Positions 16,787 through 26,121 of a stretch of DNA of 32,000 nucleotides are shown piece by piece. Numbering within the stretch: the first letter of the stretch is position 1; each line of letters begins with the position of its first letter. The position numbers and the translations under genes are program-made. The notes below the pieces were generated by a model that saw only the letters and a program-made list of their open reading frames with translations, was not told where the DNA came from and searched no databases. Origin of the DNA: Desulfobulbus propionicus DSM 2032 (GTDB taxonomy: Bacteria > Desulfobacterota > Desulfobulbia > Desulfobulbales > Desulfobulbaceae); the NCBI RefSeq assembly GCF_000186885.1, contig NC_014972.1:690001-722000 (forward strand). The letters are read 5' to 3'.

Positions 16787-17301
16787 GAGCTGCCTTGGGG
16801 ATGGGGTGCGGCAGGCAACTCCGCACCAGGCTAACCTGTCGATTTTTCTGTGTTCCGACCCTATACGGAACGAGGTGGAAAGTCAAAAGATTCGCTGAAT
16901 GGAGGGCGAAATCCACCTCCACCACTCCTTCGGCTCCGGCCGGGCGGTTCCAGCTGGCCGCGCAACCCGCACGGTCCCTCGCCTTGTTCAAGGGAAAAAT
17001 CCCGTGCCGAACCATTCCCGCGCGGTTGTTGCTCCCTGCTCACGGCACGGAGTGCGCGAAAAGGCTTGACAGCCCTGTTGTCATCCACTACCCGTTAAAG
17101 GATTTTTTCATACAGATCGCCGGGCTAGCAGGGTCACTGCAATGGCCGCGTCCGCCACGGGGGCCATGATCCCTCCTGCCTCAGTCATCGTCAGGTTCCG
17201 CAATCGCGGAACGAGTGCGTGCTCGTATCCCCGGATCGGGGTTCAGGTGGTTGTCCGAAATCCTTTGGGCAATCAAACCAGTTCATCATAGGGAGAGCAA
17301 C

Positions 17302-18105
17302 ATGGAATACAAGGAGATTTTGTTTGAGGTAGACGAGGGAATCGCCACGCTGACCCTGAATCGGGCCGACATTCGTAACGCCATCACCCATCCCGACATG
17401 ATCGCCGAGATTAAATCGGCGTGCGACCAGGTGAACTCCCACCTGGACATCCGGGTGCTCATCCTCACCGCGGTCGACCCCGCCTTTTCTTCCGGTGGCA
17501 ACGTCAAGGACATGAAGGAGCGCAAGGGCATGTTTGCCGGCACTCCGGCGGAGATCGTGGAACAGTACCGGAAAAATCTCCAGGAAGTGCTGCTGAGCGT
17601 CTACAACGTGGAGATTCCGACCATCGCGGCCATCAACGGTTCCGCTGTCGGCGCGGGCTGCGGCCTGGCGCTGATGTGCGACATCCGCGTCGCCTCGCGC
17701 AAGGCCACCTTTGGCGAAACCTTCTTGAATGTGGGATTGATTCCCGGCGACGGCAGCGCCTTCACCCTGCCCCGGGTGATCGGCATGGCCAAGGCCAGCG
17801 AACTGATTTTCACCGCCGAGACCATCGACGCCGACGCCGCCCTGGACCTGGGGTTGATCAACCACGTGGTCGACCATGAGGAACTGCTGGCGAAATCCCG
17901 GAACATCGCGGCCAAGATCGCCGGCCGGCCGCCCCAGGCGGTGCGCCTCACCAAGAAGCTGCTCCGCCTTGGCCCCCAGTCCACCCTGGAGCAGAGCATG
18001 CTGCAGGCCGCGGCCTATCAGTCCCTGTGCCACTTCACCGACGACCACATGGAGGCGCTGAACGCCATGTTTGAGAAGCGCAAACCGCTCTTTCAGGGCA
18101 AGTAA
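17302..18105 (+). CDS. Enoyl-CoA hydratase/isomerase (crotonase) family protein
   Basis: 267 aa from ATG 17302, with GGGAGAG RBS at 17291-17297. Crotonase signature AAINGSAVGAGCGLALMCDIRVAS. Confidence 0.9.
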   Translation: MEYKEILFEVDEGIATLTLNRADIRNAITHPDMIAEIKSACDQVNSHLDIRVLILTAVDPAFSSGGNVKDMKERKGMFAGTPAEIVEQYRKNLQEVLLSVYNVEIPTIAAINGSAVGAGCGLALMCDIRVASRKATFGETFLNVGLIPGDGSAFTLPRVIGMAKASELIFTAETIDADAALDLGLINHVVDHEELLAKSRNIAAKIAGRPPQAVRLTKKLLRLGPQSTLEQSMLQAAAYQSLCHFTDDHMEALNAMFEKRKPLFQGK

Positions 18106-18170
18106 CCAGGGGCGGCGCGACGGCATCGCCGTTGCCGTGAGCAGGGCAGGGTGCTTGCGGTTGGCTCGGA

Positions 18171-18204
18171 CCCTGGCTTCGGACATCCGGAGCCAGGGTT
18201 TTTT
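18171..18204 (+). terminator. Rho-independent terminator after the crotonase gene
   Basis: CCCTGGCT / AGCCAGGG stem with extra inner pairs, followed by TTTTTT. Confidence 0.75.
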
Positions 18205-18365
18205 GCGTCAACCCGCCGGGCGCATGGGATCGACGACCAACAGGAAAAAACGTGCGCGATCCTATTCAAGGATGGACTTTTTTGTTGGCATTGCAGTAAA
18301 CTTTCCTCCCAGGCCGATTTGCTTTTACACCAAGAGGTCTCTCGATCTTTTTCCGGAGCGTGGCG

Positions 18366-20753
18366 ATGTATTCTCGATATTCCGTGTTGATAGGACTGTG
18401 GGTGCTGTGCGCGGGTTTTGCCGGGAAAGAGGTGTGGGCCGCGTTTCAACTGGACGATACCTTTGGCCTCGACGGCCGGGTGGCGGTGGAGTTGGGCGTC
18501 AAGAACAGCGGCCATGCGGTCCTTGTCCAGCCGGACGGCAAGATCGTGGTGGCTGGTTCCACGTCGGGCGCCAAGGGAACAGCCATGAATTTCGCCCTGC
18601 TCCGGTTCAATCCCGACGGTTCCCTGGACCCGACCTTCAACGGCGAAGGTTCGGCGGTCACCTCCCTCGTCCCCGGCGACGACGAAGCCCTGGCCCTGGG
18701 GCTGCTGGCCGACGGCCGCATCGTGGCGGGGGGCTACAGCCACAACGGCACGGATCGCGATTTTGCCGTGGCCTGTTATCGCCGCGACGGTTCCCTGGAT
18801 CCGACCTTCGGCGTCGAGGGCGCGGTGCTGACCTCCATCGGCAACGGCAACGAGGAGATAACCGCCCTGGTGGTCGATCAGAACGACAACATCACCGTTG
18901 TCGGCTCCTCCGAAGGCACGGTCGGCCGGATTCTGGTGGCCGCCCGCTATACCTCGGCGGGCGTGTTGGACAGTTCCTTCGGCGAGCAGGGAGTGAGCCT
19001 GATCGGGGTCGGAGAGGATGCCAACGCCGAGGGCCTTGTCGAACGCCGGGATGGATCCCTGGTCATCTCGGGGTCGTATGTGGACAAACAGGGGAGCGCC
19101 GCCATGCTGGTCGGTCTGCGCGCCAACGGCCTGCTGGAGACGACCTTTGGCAGCAAGGGGATCGCCACGGTTTCTCCGGCCTTTGCCGCCAGCGAAGGAT
19201 ACGGTATCAGCGAAGACGGCGACGGCCTGCTCTATCTGGCCGGCGCGGTCGGCAATCCGGGCCGGCGTGACGCGGCCCTCTTCCGCTTCACGCCCGATGG
19301 CCAGGCGGAGGGATCGTTCGGGCGGAACGGGGCGGTTGTCTCGGCCGTCACCGCCGAGGACGATGTCCTCTACGACGTGAGCGTGGGCCCGGCCGGAGTG
19401 GCAGCAAGCGGGTTCGCCGTCCATGCCGGGGCCCGTCAATTTTTGCTGATCTCCTATCTGGCCGACGGTTCGATCGCCGATGCCGCCGCCGGAGCCGGAC
19501 AAGCCGCCGGCGACCCGTCCCCGGCGGATGCCGCGCCGATTCAGGAGGTCCGGGTAAACGGCCAGAGCAAGGTGCAGATCAGGCGGCTCCAGGTATGGAA
19601 CAGCGAGGTTCGTATCCAGCCGTTGCAGATGTCGGATACGGCCGTTGCCCCGCCCACGGCCTGGCTGGCGCCCGCTGATTTTTCCGGCAGGGACCGGGGC
19701 GCCGAGGCGGGCCTGGCGCGAATCGGCAGGCATCTGGAGGGCTTTTTTCTCCCCTCTGCCTGGGCCGCCGATTCCGAAGCGACGCCGCGCGACAAAAATG
19801 CGACCGTGCTCGCGGCGCGGACAGTCACCACCGCCTTCAGCGAGGGCGAGTCACTCGGTTTTGCGCTCACCACGGACGCGGAGGGCGATGTGATCGTCGT
19901 GGGCACGGCCGAAGGCCGCGAGGCGAGTTCCATCGTGGCCGCACGGTTTGTCGCCGCCGACCTGATCGACCGGATCACCGATCAACCGGGCCATCGGAGC
20001 AGCCATATCACCACCTCGCTGACTGCCGACATCACCCGCACCACCGTGGCTACCGGAGGGGAAATCGGCGAATCGTTTGCCCACGAGGTGGTCCGCCGAG
20101 GGGTGGTGTTCAGCCGCAAGCAGGGGCCGGTCTACAAAAACGAAGCGAGCGCGGGGCCGACCTCCCTGGTTCCGGGCGGCATGCTGCGGCAACTCGAGGC
20201 ATTTTTCGCCGCCGACGCCGTGGCGGCCGAATCCGCCTTCCTTGGCGGCACCAAGTCGGTCGGCGAGCAGGGGGTCGAGGCCGGACGCACCGACAACGGT
20301 GCCGGAAAAGGTGCGTTCAGCGTGTTGCTCGAACATCTCCGGCCCGGCACGGTCTATTACATCCGGGCCTATGCTCTGACCGCCGGGGGCGCCGTGTACT
20401 ACGGCAACCAGATCAGTATCCGGACCGCGGATGCCTGTTTTATCGCCACCGCCTCCTTTGGCAGCCTGCTGCATCCCTGCGTGTCCATCCTGCGCGATTT
20501 TCGCGATGCCTGTCTGCTCGGCCACCCGGTCGGCACCTGGCTGGTCGATCTCTATTATACCTTTTCGCCGCCCCTGGCGGATGCTATTGCCGACAACGCG
20601 CCGTTGCGCCAGGTTGTCCGCTTGCTGCTGCTGCCGGTGATCGGTTTTTCCTGGCTGGCCTTGCAGATCGGACTGGCTGGAGCCTCCTGCGCGGCGGTCG
20701 CCTTGACGGCGATCGCGGCTTGGGCGATACCGTGGCCGCGTCGGCGCGGATAA
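18366..20753 (+). CDS. Secreted repeat protein: six delta-60-like beta-propeller repeats, an Ig-like domain, and a CFIATA-box C-terminal membrane-anchor domain
   Basis: Signal peptide MYSRYSVLIGLWVLCAGFAGKEVWA. Six units of about 57-60 aa each open with L(D/E)xxFGxxG and end in ..(R/Y)(F/Y)xxDGS (about 18450-19490). A later segment GKGAFSVLLEHLRPGTVYYIRAYALTAGGAVYYGNQISIRT looks Ig/fn3-like. The C-terminus is CFIATASFGSLLHPCVSILRDFRD...YYTFSPPLA followed by hydrophobic helices. Start set at ATG 18366 (GGAG lies 7 nt upstream). Confidence 0.8.
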   Translation: MYSRYSVLIGLWVLCAGFAGKEVWAAFQLDDTFGLDGRVAVELGVKNSGHAVLVQPDGKIVVAGSTSGAKGTAMNFALLRFNPDGSLDPTFNGEGSAVTSLVPGDDEALALGLLADGRIVAGGYSHNGTDRDFAVACYRRDGSLDPTFGVEGAVLTSIGNGNEEITALVVDQNDNITVVGSSEGTVGRILVAARYTSAGVLDSSFGEQGVSLIGVGEDANAEGLVERRDGSLVISGSYVDKQGSAAMLVGLRANGLLETTFGSKGIATVSPAFAASEGYGISEDGDGLLYLAGAVGNPGRRDAALFRFTPDGQAEGSFGRNGAVVSAVTAEDDVLYDVSVGPAGVAASGFAVHAGARQFLLISYLADGSIADAAAGAGQAAGDPSPADAAPIQEVRVNGQSKVQIRRLQVWNSEVRIQPLQMSDTAVAPPTAWLAPADFSGRDRGAEAGLARIGRHLEGFFLPSAWAADSEATPRDKNATVLAARTVTTAFSEGESLGFALTTDAEGDVIVVGTAEGREASSIVAARFVAADLIDRITDQPGHRSSHITTSLTADITRTTVATGGEIGESFAHEVVRRGVVFSRKQGPVYKNEASAGPTSLVPGGMLRQLEAFFAADAVAAESAFLGGTKSVGEQGVEAGRTDNGAGKGAFSVLLEHLRPGTVYYIRAYALTAGGAVYYGNQISIRTADACFIATASFGSLLHPCVSILRDFRDACLLGHPVGTWLVDLYYTFSPPLADAIADNAPLRQVVRLLLLPVIGFSWLALQIGLAGASCAAVALTAIAAWAIPWPRRRG

Positions 20754-20821
20754 GGCGGTCTGGGGGCGGAGGCAATCGGGAACCACAAGCCTATGATCTT
20801 CAACGTATTCGAGAGTGAACA

Positions 20822-21286
20822 ATGACTGCACGACGTACACGCATGGCCCATCTTCTCAGCACCTCCCACGGATTCACCCTGATCGAACTGATGGTAGTCA
20901 TGGTGATCCTGGGCATCCTGGCCGGACTCATTGTCCCGCGGATCATGGATCGGCCGGAGGAGGCGCGGCGCACCAAGGCCGGAGTCCAGATCCAGTCCAT
21001 CGAACAGGCCCTGAAACTGTACAAGATCGACAATGGGCAGTACCCCACCACGGAGCAGGGCCTGGTCGCCCTGGTCGAGCCGCCGACGGTCGGGGTGCTG
21101 GCCAAGCGGTGGCGGGCAGGGGGATATCTGGACAAGGGCAAGGTGCCCAAGGATCCGTGGGACAACGAGTTTGTGTATATCTCTCCGGGGTTGCACGGCG
21201 ATTTTGATCTGAGCTCCTACGGTCCGGATGGACAAGCCGGCGGCGAGGGCAAGGACGAGGACATCAACAACTGGGAATTGGAATAG
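20822..21286 (+). CDS. gspG: Type II secretion major pseudopilin GspG
   Basis: Prepilin leader ending G|FTLIELMVVMVILGILA. GspG-specific C-terminal pattern DPWDNEFVYISPG..GDFDLSSYGPDGQAGGEG. ATG 20843 is an alternative start. Confidence 0.9.
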   Translation: MTARRTRMAHLLSTSHGFTLIELMVVMVILGILAGLIVPRIMDRPEEARRTKAGVQIQSIEQALKLYKIDNGQYPTTEQGLVALVEPPTVGVLAKRWRAGGYLDKGKVPKDPWDNEFVYISPGLHGDFDLSSYGPDGQAGGEGKDEDINNWELE

Positions 21287-21312
21287 CTGTTGTCCGCCCC
21301 TTTGACCGTCCA

Positions 21313-21843
21313 GTGGGTCATCCGCCGAACAACCGAGGGTTTACCCTGCTCGAACTGATCGTGGTCATGGCCTTGATCGCCCTGACCGCCTCGTTTACCG
21401 TGCCGCGGCTGGCCGATCTGTTGTATGCCGATCAGCTGAAGGTGAACGTGCGCAAGCTGGTGGGTCTGATCCACCAGGCCTCGACACTGGCGCAACGCGA
21501 TCAGAAACCCCATCTGCTCAAGTATTTCGAAAATGAGCACCGTTTTGTGGTCGTCCCCGAGGCAAAAGCGGAGACGACGCTGGCCGGGGACGATACGACG
21601 GAGGCGGCGTTGCTCCTGGCCGAATCGGTGCGGGTCGGCGAGTTCTGGTTTTGGTATGGCGGGGCCCGCTCCGGAGAGGATCGGGTCATTCGTTTCAGCA
21701 AGGAAGGGTATGTCGAACCGACGATCCTCTATCTGCGCAAGGAAAACGGCCAGGAAATGTCGGTGGTGCTTTCCCCCTTTCTCGGCAAGGTCCGCGTTAT
21801 TGACGGCCATGTGGTTCCGGAGACCGACACCTTTTCCCGCTGA
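21313..21843 (+). CDS. gspH: Minor pseudopilin, GspH-like
   Basis: GTG start. Leader ..NNRG|FTLLELIVVMALIAL. Size (176 aa) and position after gspG fit GspH. Confidence 0.7.
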   Translation: MGHPPNNRGFTLLELIVVMALIALTASFTVPRLADLLYADQLKVNVRKLVGLIHQASTLAQRDQKPHLLKYFENEHRFVVVPEAKAETTLAGDDTTEAALLLAESVRVGEFWFWYGGARSGEDRVIRFSKEGYVEPTILYLRKENGQEMSVVLSPFLGKVRVIDGHVVPETDTFSR

Positions 21844-22354
21844 CCGCCTGCCTGAGGGGGGCAAGGGGCGGAGCGGGGGCTTTACCCTGCTCGAGGTGAT
21901 GATCGCGGTGGCGGTGATCGCCATTGCCCTGGTGACCCTGATCGGTGCGCAATCGCAGAGCGTTTCCCTGGCGACCGGGGCGAAATTCGACACCCTGGCC
22001 TCGCTGTTGGCCCAGTGGAAAATGACCGACCTCATGCAGCAGGAGTATGACCAGCTGGCCGCCGGTCAAGGAACCTTCGGCGAGGACTATCCGCAGTTTT
22101 TCTGGAAAGTGACGGTGTCCGACCTCTCGGAGAGCGACACCGGGATCAAGGGAGCTGGCGACCTGCTGAAAATGCTGGAACTGACGGTCGGCGTCGAGCA
22201 GGATTCCCGTCTGGTCTACACCGTGCGCAGCATGGTCATGAAACAGCCGGAGGCGGGCGTCCAAGGGGACGCGGGCAAGAAACCGGAAGGGGAGCGGAAA
22301 GCGGAAGGGCCACCAGGGGCGCAAAAACCTCCTGCTTTGGAGACCGCACAGTGA
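21809..22354 (+). CDS. gspI: Minor pseudopilin, GspI-like, with a charged/Pro-rich C-terminal extension
   Basis: ..RSGG|FTLLEVMIAVAVIAIALVTLIGAQSQS is GspI-like. The start is uncertain: ATG 21809 is the only in-frame ATG before the prepilin motif and overlaps gspH by 35 nt. The stop overlaps the gspJ start (GTGA). Confidence 0.65.
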   Translation: MWFRRPTPFPADRLPEGGKGRSGGFTLLEVMIAVAVIAIALVTLIGAQSQSVSLATGAKFDTLASLLAQWKMTDLMQQEYDQLAAGQGTFGEDYPQFFWKVTVSDLSESDTGIKGAGDLLKMLELTVGVEQDSRLVYTVRSMVMKQPEAGVQGDAGKKPEGERKAEGPPGAQKPPALETAQ

Positions 22355-23025
22355 GCGGACGCAACCATGGGTTCACCCTGCTGGAGGTGCTGCTGGCCAT
22401 GTCCGTGCTGGGCGTCGTGGTGGCCATGCTCTCGTTGTCCCTTTCCTCGTCGCTCCAGGTGGTCGAGGCCACCGAACGGGAAGAAGAAGTTTTCTTTCAG
22501 GCGCAAACGGCCCTGCGGCGCATCACCGCGGACCTCGGCAGCGCCGTTGCGGTCCAGGAAGGGATGTTCGTCGGCGAAAACAAGGAGATCGACGGACGCC
22601 GGGCCGATCAACTGACCTTTTCTTCCCAGGCGCACCTTGTATTCAACCCGGAAAAACAGCAGCCAGGGGTGGCGATCATCGCCTACCGCCTGCAACCGGA
22701 CGCCGACGATGGCCGCAACCTGCAACTGTTGCGCTCGGATGTGCTTCTTGCGCCCGGTTCGGCCAAGGACGGAGACGAACGTGCGGAACCTGTTTTTCTC
22801 CTCGCCGATAACCTGCGGTCGGTGCAGTTTACCTTTTTTGATCGCCAGGGTCAGGAATTTGACAGCTGGCAGCGGGAAACCGAGGCCAACGATCTGGACA
22901 CAACCATGGAGCTGCCCGCTGCCGTCCATTGCATTCTGGAATTTTGGCTCGACCGGGACAAGGAAACCGTGCAGACCTTCAGCACCAGGATCCTGCTTCC
23001 TGCGGAGGTGCCACGTGCGGACTGA
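22351..23025 (+). CDS. gspJ: Minor pseudopilin, GspJ-like
   Basis: MSGRNHG|FTLLEVLLAMSVLGVVVA. 224 aa, at the gspJ position. Confidence 0.7.
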   Translation: MSGRNHGFTLLEVLLAMSVLGVVVAMLSLSLSSSLQVVEATEREEEVFFQAQTALRRITADLGSAVAVQEGMFVGENKEIDGRRADQLTFSSQAHLVFNPEKQQPGVAIIAYRLQPDADDGRNLQLLRSDVLLAPGSAKDGDERAEPVFLLADNLRSVQFTFFDRQGQEFDSWQRETEANDLDTTMELPAAVHCILEFWLDRDKETVQTFSTRILLPAEVPRAD

Positions 23026-23998
23026 TCCGATCGTGGCCAATCAGTCGGGCATGGCCCTGGTCCTGACCCTGCTCATCGTCAGCTTTCTGGTGGCCATGAC
23101 CGTGCAGCTGATGATCACCGTTGACCGGCAGCTGACCGCGTCGAGTTCCCAACGCGAGCAGGTGCGGCTGGACGCCATGGTCTTGGGCGGACTGAACCTG
23201 GCCAGGGCCGCCTTGCTTGCCGATCAGCAGGACAACACCTTTGATTCGCCGCACGATGCGTGGGCGGCCTTTGACCCGGATCGGCTGAAAAGCCTCACCG
23301 ACGACATGCAACTCGTCATCACCGTGAGCGATCTCTCCGGCCGGCTGCAGGTGAATGTCCTGGCTGACACCACCAACGAGGCCTATCGCGCGGTGTGGCT
23401 CCGCTTTCTTCTTTCCGGCAGGTTCGCCGTCAAGGAAAGGGATGAGGCCGAGGCGCTGCTCGACGCCATCGGCGACTGGATCGACGAGGACGACGATGAG
23501 CGGCCCAAGGGGGCCGAGTCTGCCTATTATCAGGGCCTGGCAACCCCCTTGGCCTGCCGCAACGGTCCCATAAGCACCCCGGAGGAACTGCTGCTGGTCA
23601 AGGGCATGACTCCGGTCATCCTCTACGGCGACGCCGAGCATGAGGGGCTCCTGCCCTATGTCACGGTGCTGGGCGGGGACGGCAAGATCAACCTGAACGC
23701 TGCTCCGCTGCCGGTGCTTCAGGCCCTGTCCTCGGAGATGACCCGGGAACTGGCACAGGAATTGATTGATTATCGGGAGAATCGAAAAAACGAGGAAACG
23801 CTGGCAACCGCCGACTGGTACCGGCAGGTGGGGGGATTTCCCGCCTCGATCGACTTGGGCGGCGAGCTGCTGACGGTTGTCGGCAGGTATTTTTCGATCA
23901 CGGTCCGTGCCAGCCTGCACCAGTACAGCCGAACCGGGACCGGTGTCCTGCTCCGTTCCGATCAGGGACAGCGGCTTCTGCTGTGGAAGGTGGAATAA
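23015..23998 (+). CDS. gspK: Minor pseudopilin, GspK-like
   Basis: GTG 23015 with GGAGG 6 nt upstream. N-terminus ..NQSGMALVLTLLIVSFLVAMTV lacks Glu5, as GspK does. It has the helix-hairpin-helix-like region LNLNAAPLPVLQAL typical of GspK. 327 aa. Confidence 0.75.
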   Translation: MRTDPIVANQSGMALVLTLLIVSFLVAMTVQLMITVDRQLTASSSQREQVRLDAMVLGGLNLARAALLADQQDNTFDSPHDAWAAFDPDRLKSLTDDMQLVITVSDLSGRLQVNVLADTTNEAYRAVWLRFLLSGRFAVKERDEAEALLDAIGDWIDEDDDERPKGAESAYYQGLATPLACRNGPISTPEELLLVKGMTPVILYGDAEHEGLLPYVTVLGGDGKINLNAAPLPVLQALSSEMTRELAQELIDYRENRKNEETLATADWYRQVGGFPASIDLGGELLTVVGRYFSITVRASLHQYSRTGTGVLLRSDQGQRLLLWKVE

Positions 23999-24058
23999 AT
24001 GTCGGCACCCGGGCGCTTGCGGTCACCGGCGGCGGGATGATGGGTGGAGATGAGGTTC

Positions 24059-25564
24059 ATGGGCTTGAAAATACTGGGGATTGATATAAGCGATTGTCAG
24101 GTGACCGGGGTGGTGCTGGACCAACAGCGCCGGGCTCCGATCCTGGTCAATGCCCTCAGTCTGCCGCTGTCCGAGGATGGCGCCATCGTTCCGGTCGTGC
24201 GCCAGCTGTGCGAGCAGCTGGAATGGCGGGAAGGGATCTGCGTGTGCGGCCTGCCGCTCTCCCTGTTCAGCGTCCGCAACCTGAGCCTGCCGTTCAGGGA
24301 TGTCAAAAAGATAACACAGGCGTTGCCCTTTGAGCTGGAAGAACAGCTGATTGCCCCGCTGGACACGCTTGTTTCCGACTTTTGCGTGAGCAAACGGAGC
24401 GAGGAGCGCAGCCTGATCGTCGCCTTTGCGATGGAAAAGGCCTCCCTTGGCACCTTTTTGGGCGAATTGAATGACCGCATCGATCCGGACAAGATCATGC
24501 CGGCGATGGTGCCCCTGGCCATGCAGGTGGCTGGCGCCTATCGTGAACACACAAATTTCCTTCTGATCCACGCCGACATGCATTCCAGCACCATGACCCT
24601 GGTCGTGGACAGCGCGCCGGTTTTTTACCGGAGGCTCGCCTACCCGGAGGCGATGATTCTCCATCCGCCCTTTTCGTTTGCCCACGGCGAGGTGGCGGTG
24701 AGCGACATGGCCGCGGCCGAAGAGTGCATTCGGCTGTTCAGCCGGTCGATCGAACGCAGTTTGGATTATTTCCGGATGGAGAGCGGCATCAAGGATGCCC
24801 CGGAACGGGTGGTGCTGACCGGACCGCTGGCCGGCATGCCGGTGATGGCCGACATGCTCACCGCATGCCTCCGTCTGCCGGTGGAAACCATCGACCTGCT
24901 GTCGCGGACGAATATCGTCCACAGCGAGGAGCAACGCAGTCAGTGGCAAGGGTGGCACGCCGATCGGGCCCTGTCCGTGGCTCTGCAAGGGAGCAAAAAG
25001 ACGGGGATCAATTTCCGCAAGGACGCCTTGGCGAAAAAGGGCGGCGTACGGTCGAGGAACAAACAGCTGGTCATGGCGGCGGCCGCCGCCGCTGTCCTGG
25101 TGGCGGCAATCCTGGTCGCGGCGGGATACGATTATCAGCGACTCAAACAGCGGGACCAGGTGTTGGCCGATGAAATGACCGCCATCTTCAAAAGCACGTT
25201 TCCCGAGGTGACCAAAATCCGCAACCCCTACGTCGAAATGCAGGCGCGGATGAAATCCTTGACGGGCTCGGGCGCCCCTGCCCCGACAGTGGTCACTGAA
25301 CAGCGGGCCCTTGAACTGCTGGCCGATATTTCCCGCCGCATCCCGGAGACGCTTGTCGTGCGGGTCAACCGCCTTTCCCTTGACCGGCAATCGGTAGCGA
25401 TCAAGGGGGTCACCGATACCTTTAATTCGGTTGAAACCATCAAGAGCACGCTGTCCGCGTCCCCCCGCTACAAAGCGGTGCAAATCGTCTCGGCCACCGC
25501 GGACAAGGACAAAAAGGACGGCGCGATCCGTTTTGAAGTCCAGATGGAGCTCCAAGGGATATGA
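24059..25564 (+). CDS. gspL: GspL-like assembly protein (PilM-like cytoplasmic domain, TM segment, PilN-like periplasmic domain)
   Basis: MGLKILGIDISD.. is an actin-like N-terminus. There is one TM segment (LVMAAAAAAVLVAAILVAAGY) and a ferredoxin-like C-terminal domain. The start is ambiguous (GTG 24044, ATG 24050 or ATG 24059). The stop overlaps the gspM start (ATGA). Confidence 0.7.
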   Translation: MGLKILGIDISDCQVTGVVLDQQRRAPILVNALSLPLSEDGAIVPVVRQLCEQLEWREGICVCGLPLSLFSVRNLSLPFRDVKKITQALPFELEEQLIAPLDTLVSDFCVSKRSEERSLIVAFAMEKASLGTFLGELNDRIDPDKIMPAMVPLAMQVAGAYREHTNFLLIHADMHSSTMTLVVDSAPVFYRRLAYPEAMILHPPFSFAHGEVAVSDMAAAEECIRLFSRSIERSLDYFRMESGIKDAPERVVLTGPLAGMPVMADMLTACLRLPVETIDLLSRTNIVHSEEQRSQWQGWHADRALSVALQGSKKTGINFRKDALAKKGGVRSRNKQLVMAAAAAAVLVAAILVAAGYDYQRLKQRDQVLADEMTAIFKSTFPEVTKIRNPYVEMQARMKSLTGSGAPAPTVVTEQRALELLADISRRIPETLVVRVNRLSLDRQSVAIKGVTDTFNSVETIKSTLSASPRYKAVQIVSATADKDKKDGAIRFEVQMELQGI

Positions 25565-26106
25565 TGCGGCTGAACAAGCGGGAGAGGATTGCGGTCATCG
25601 TCGGCGGGGCGGCGCTGCTCGTTTTTGTCGTGGTCCAGTTTTTGGTATTTCCGCTGATCGACAACCGGGCGCGGCTGACCAAGCGGTTGGCCGCGCGGGA
25701 AAAGGCCGTGGTGGAGATGCGCAGCCTGCGGGAGCAGTATCAGCAGCTCAATCGGCACTCGGGCTCGGTGGACGAACTGCTGGCCCAGCGGGAAGAGGGG
25801 TTCAGCCTGTTTTCCTTTCTCGAAAACAATGCCGATGCGTGCGAGGTCAAGGAGCACATCGCCTATATGAAACCGTCGGAAACCCAAGGGAGCGCTTCCT
25901 TCAGGGTGAGCATGGTCGAGATGAAGCTGCAGGCCGTGCCCTTGAAAAAGCTCTTGGCCTTTCTTGAGAAGTCCGAATCACCGCAGCACCTGGTGGGCGT
26001 GGACAAATTGACCATCCAGGAAAATGCCCAGGAAAAAACAATGCTCGACGCGACCCTGTCTATGGTCAGTGTCGATCAGGCGGCCGAGGCGGCCGCCACC
26101 CCGTAG
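25561..26106 (+). CDS. gspM: GspM-like protein
   Basis: 181 aa. N-terminal TM segment (IAVIVGGAALLVFVVVQFLVF), then a coiled segment. Size and position after gspL fit GspM. Confidence 0.6.
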   Translation: MMRLNKRERIAVIVGGAALLVFVVVQFLVFPLIDNRARLTKRLAAREKAVVEMRSLREQYQQLNRHSGSVDELLAQREEGFSLFSFLENNADACEVKEHIAYMKPSETQGSASFRVSMVEMKLQAVPLKKLLAFLEKSESPQHLVGVDKLTIQENAQEKTMLDATLSMVSVDQAAEAAATP

Positions 26107-26121
26107 GAGCCGGGGCGTTTG

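Noticed and set aside
16795-17169. ORFs of 75-124 aa in the hsdR-crotonase gap
   Set aside because: The ORFs overlap each other on both strands and have Arg/Pro/Gly-rich implausible composition. None has an RBS. The region is treated as non-coding.
18284-18300. TGGCAT..TGCA string upstream of the propeller gene (and a similar CTGGCAT at 7784-7790) as a possible sigma-54 promoter
   Set aside because: The GG-N10-GC spacing of the -24/-12 consensus (TGGCAC-N5-TTGC) is not satisfied in either case.
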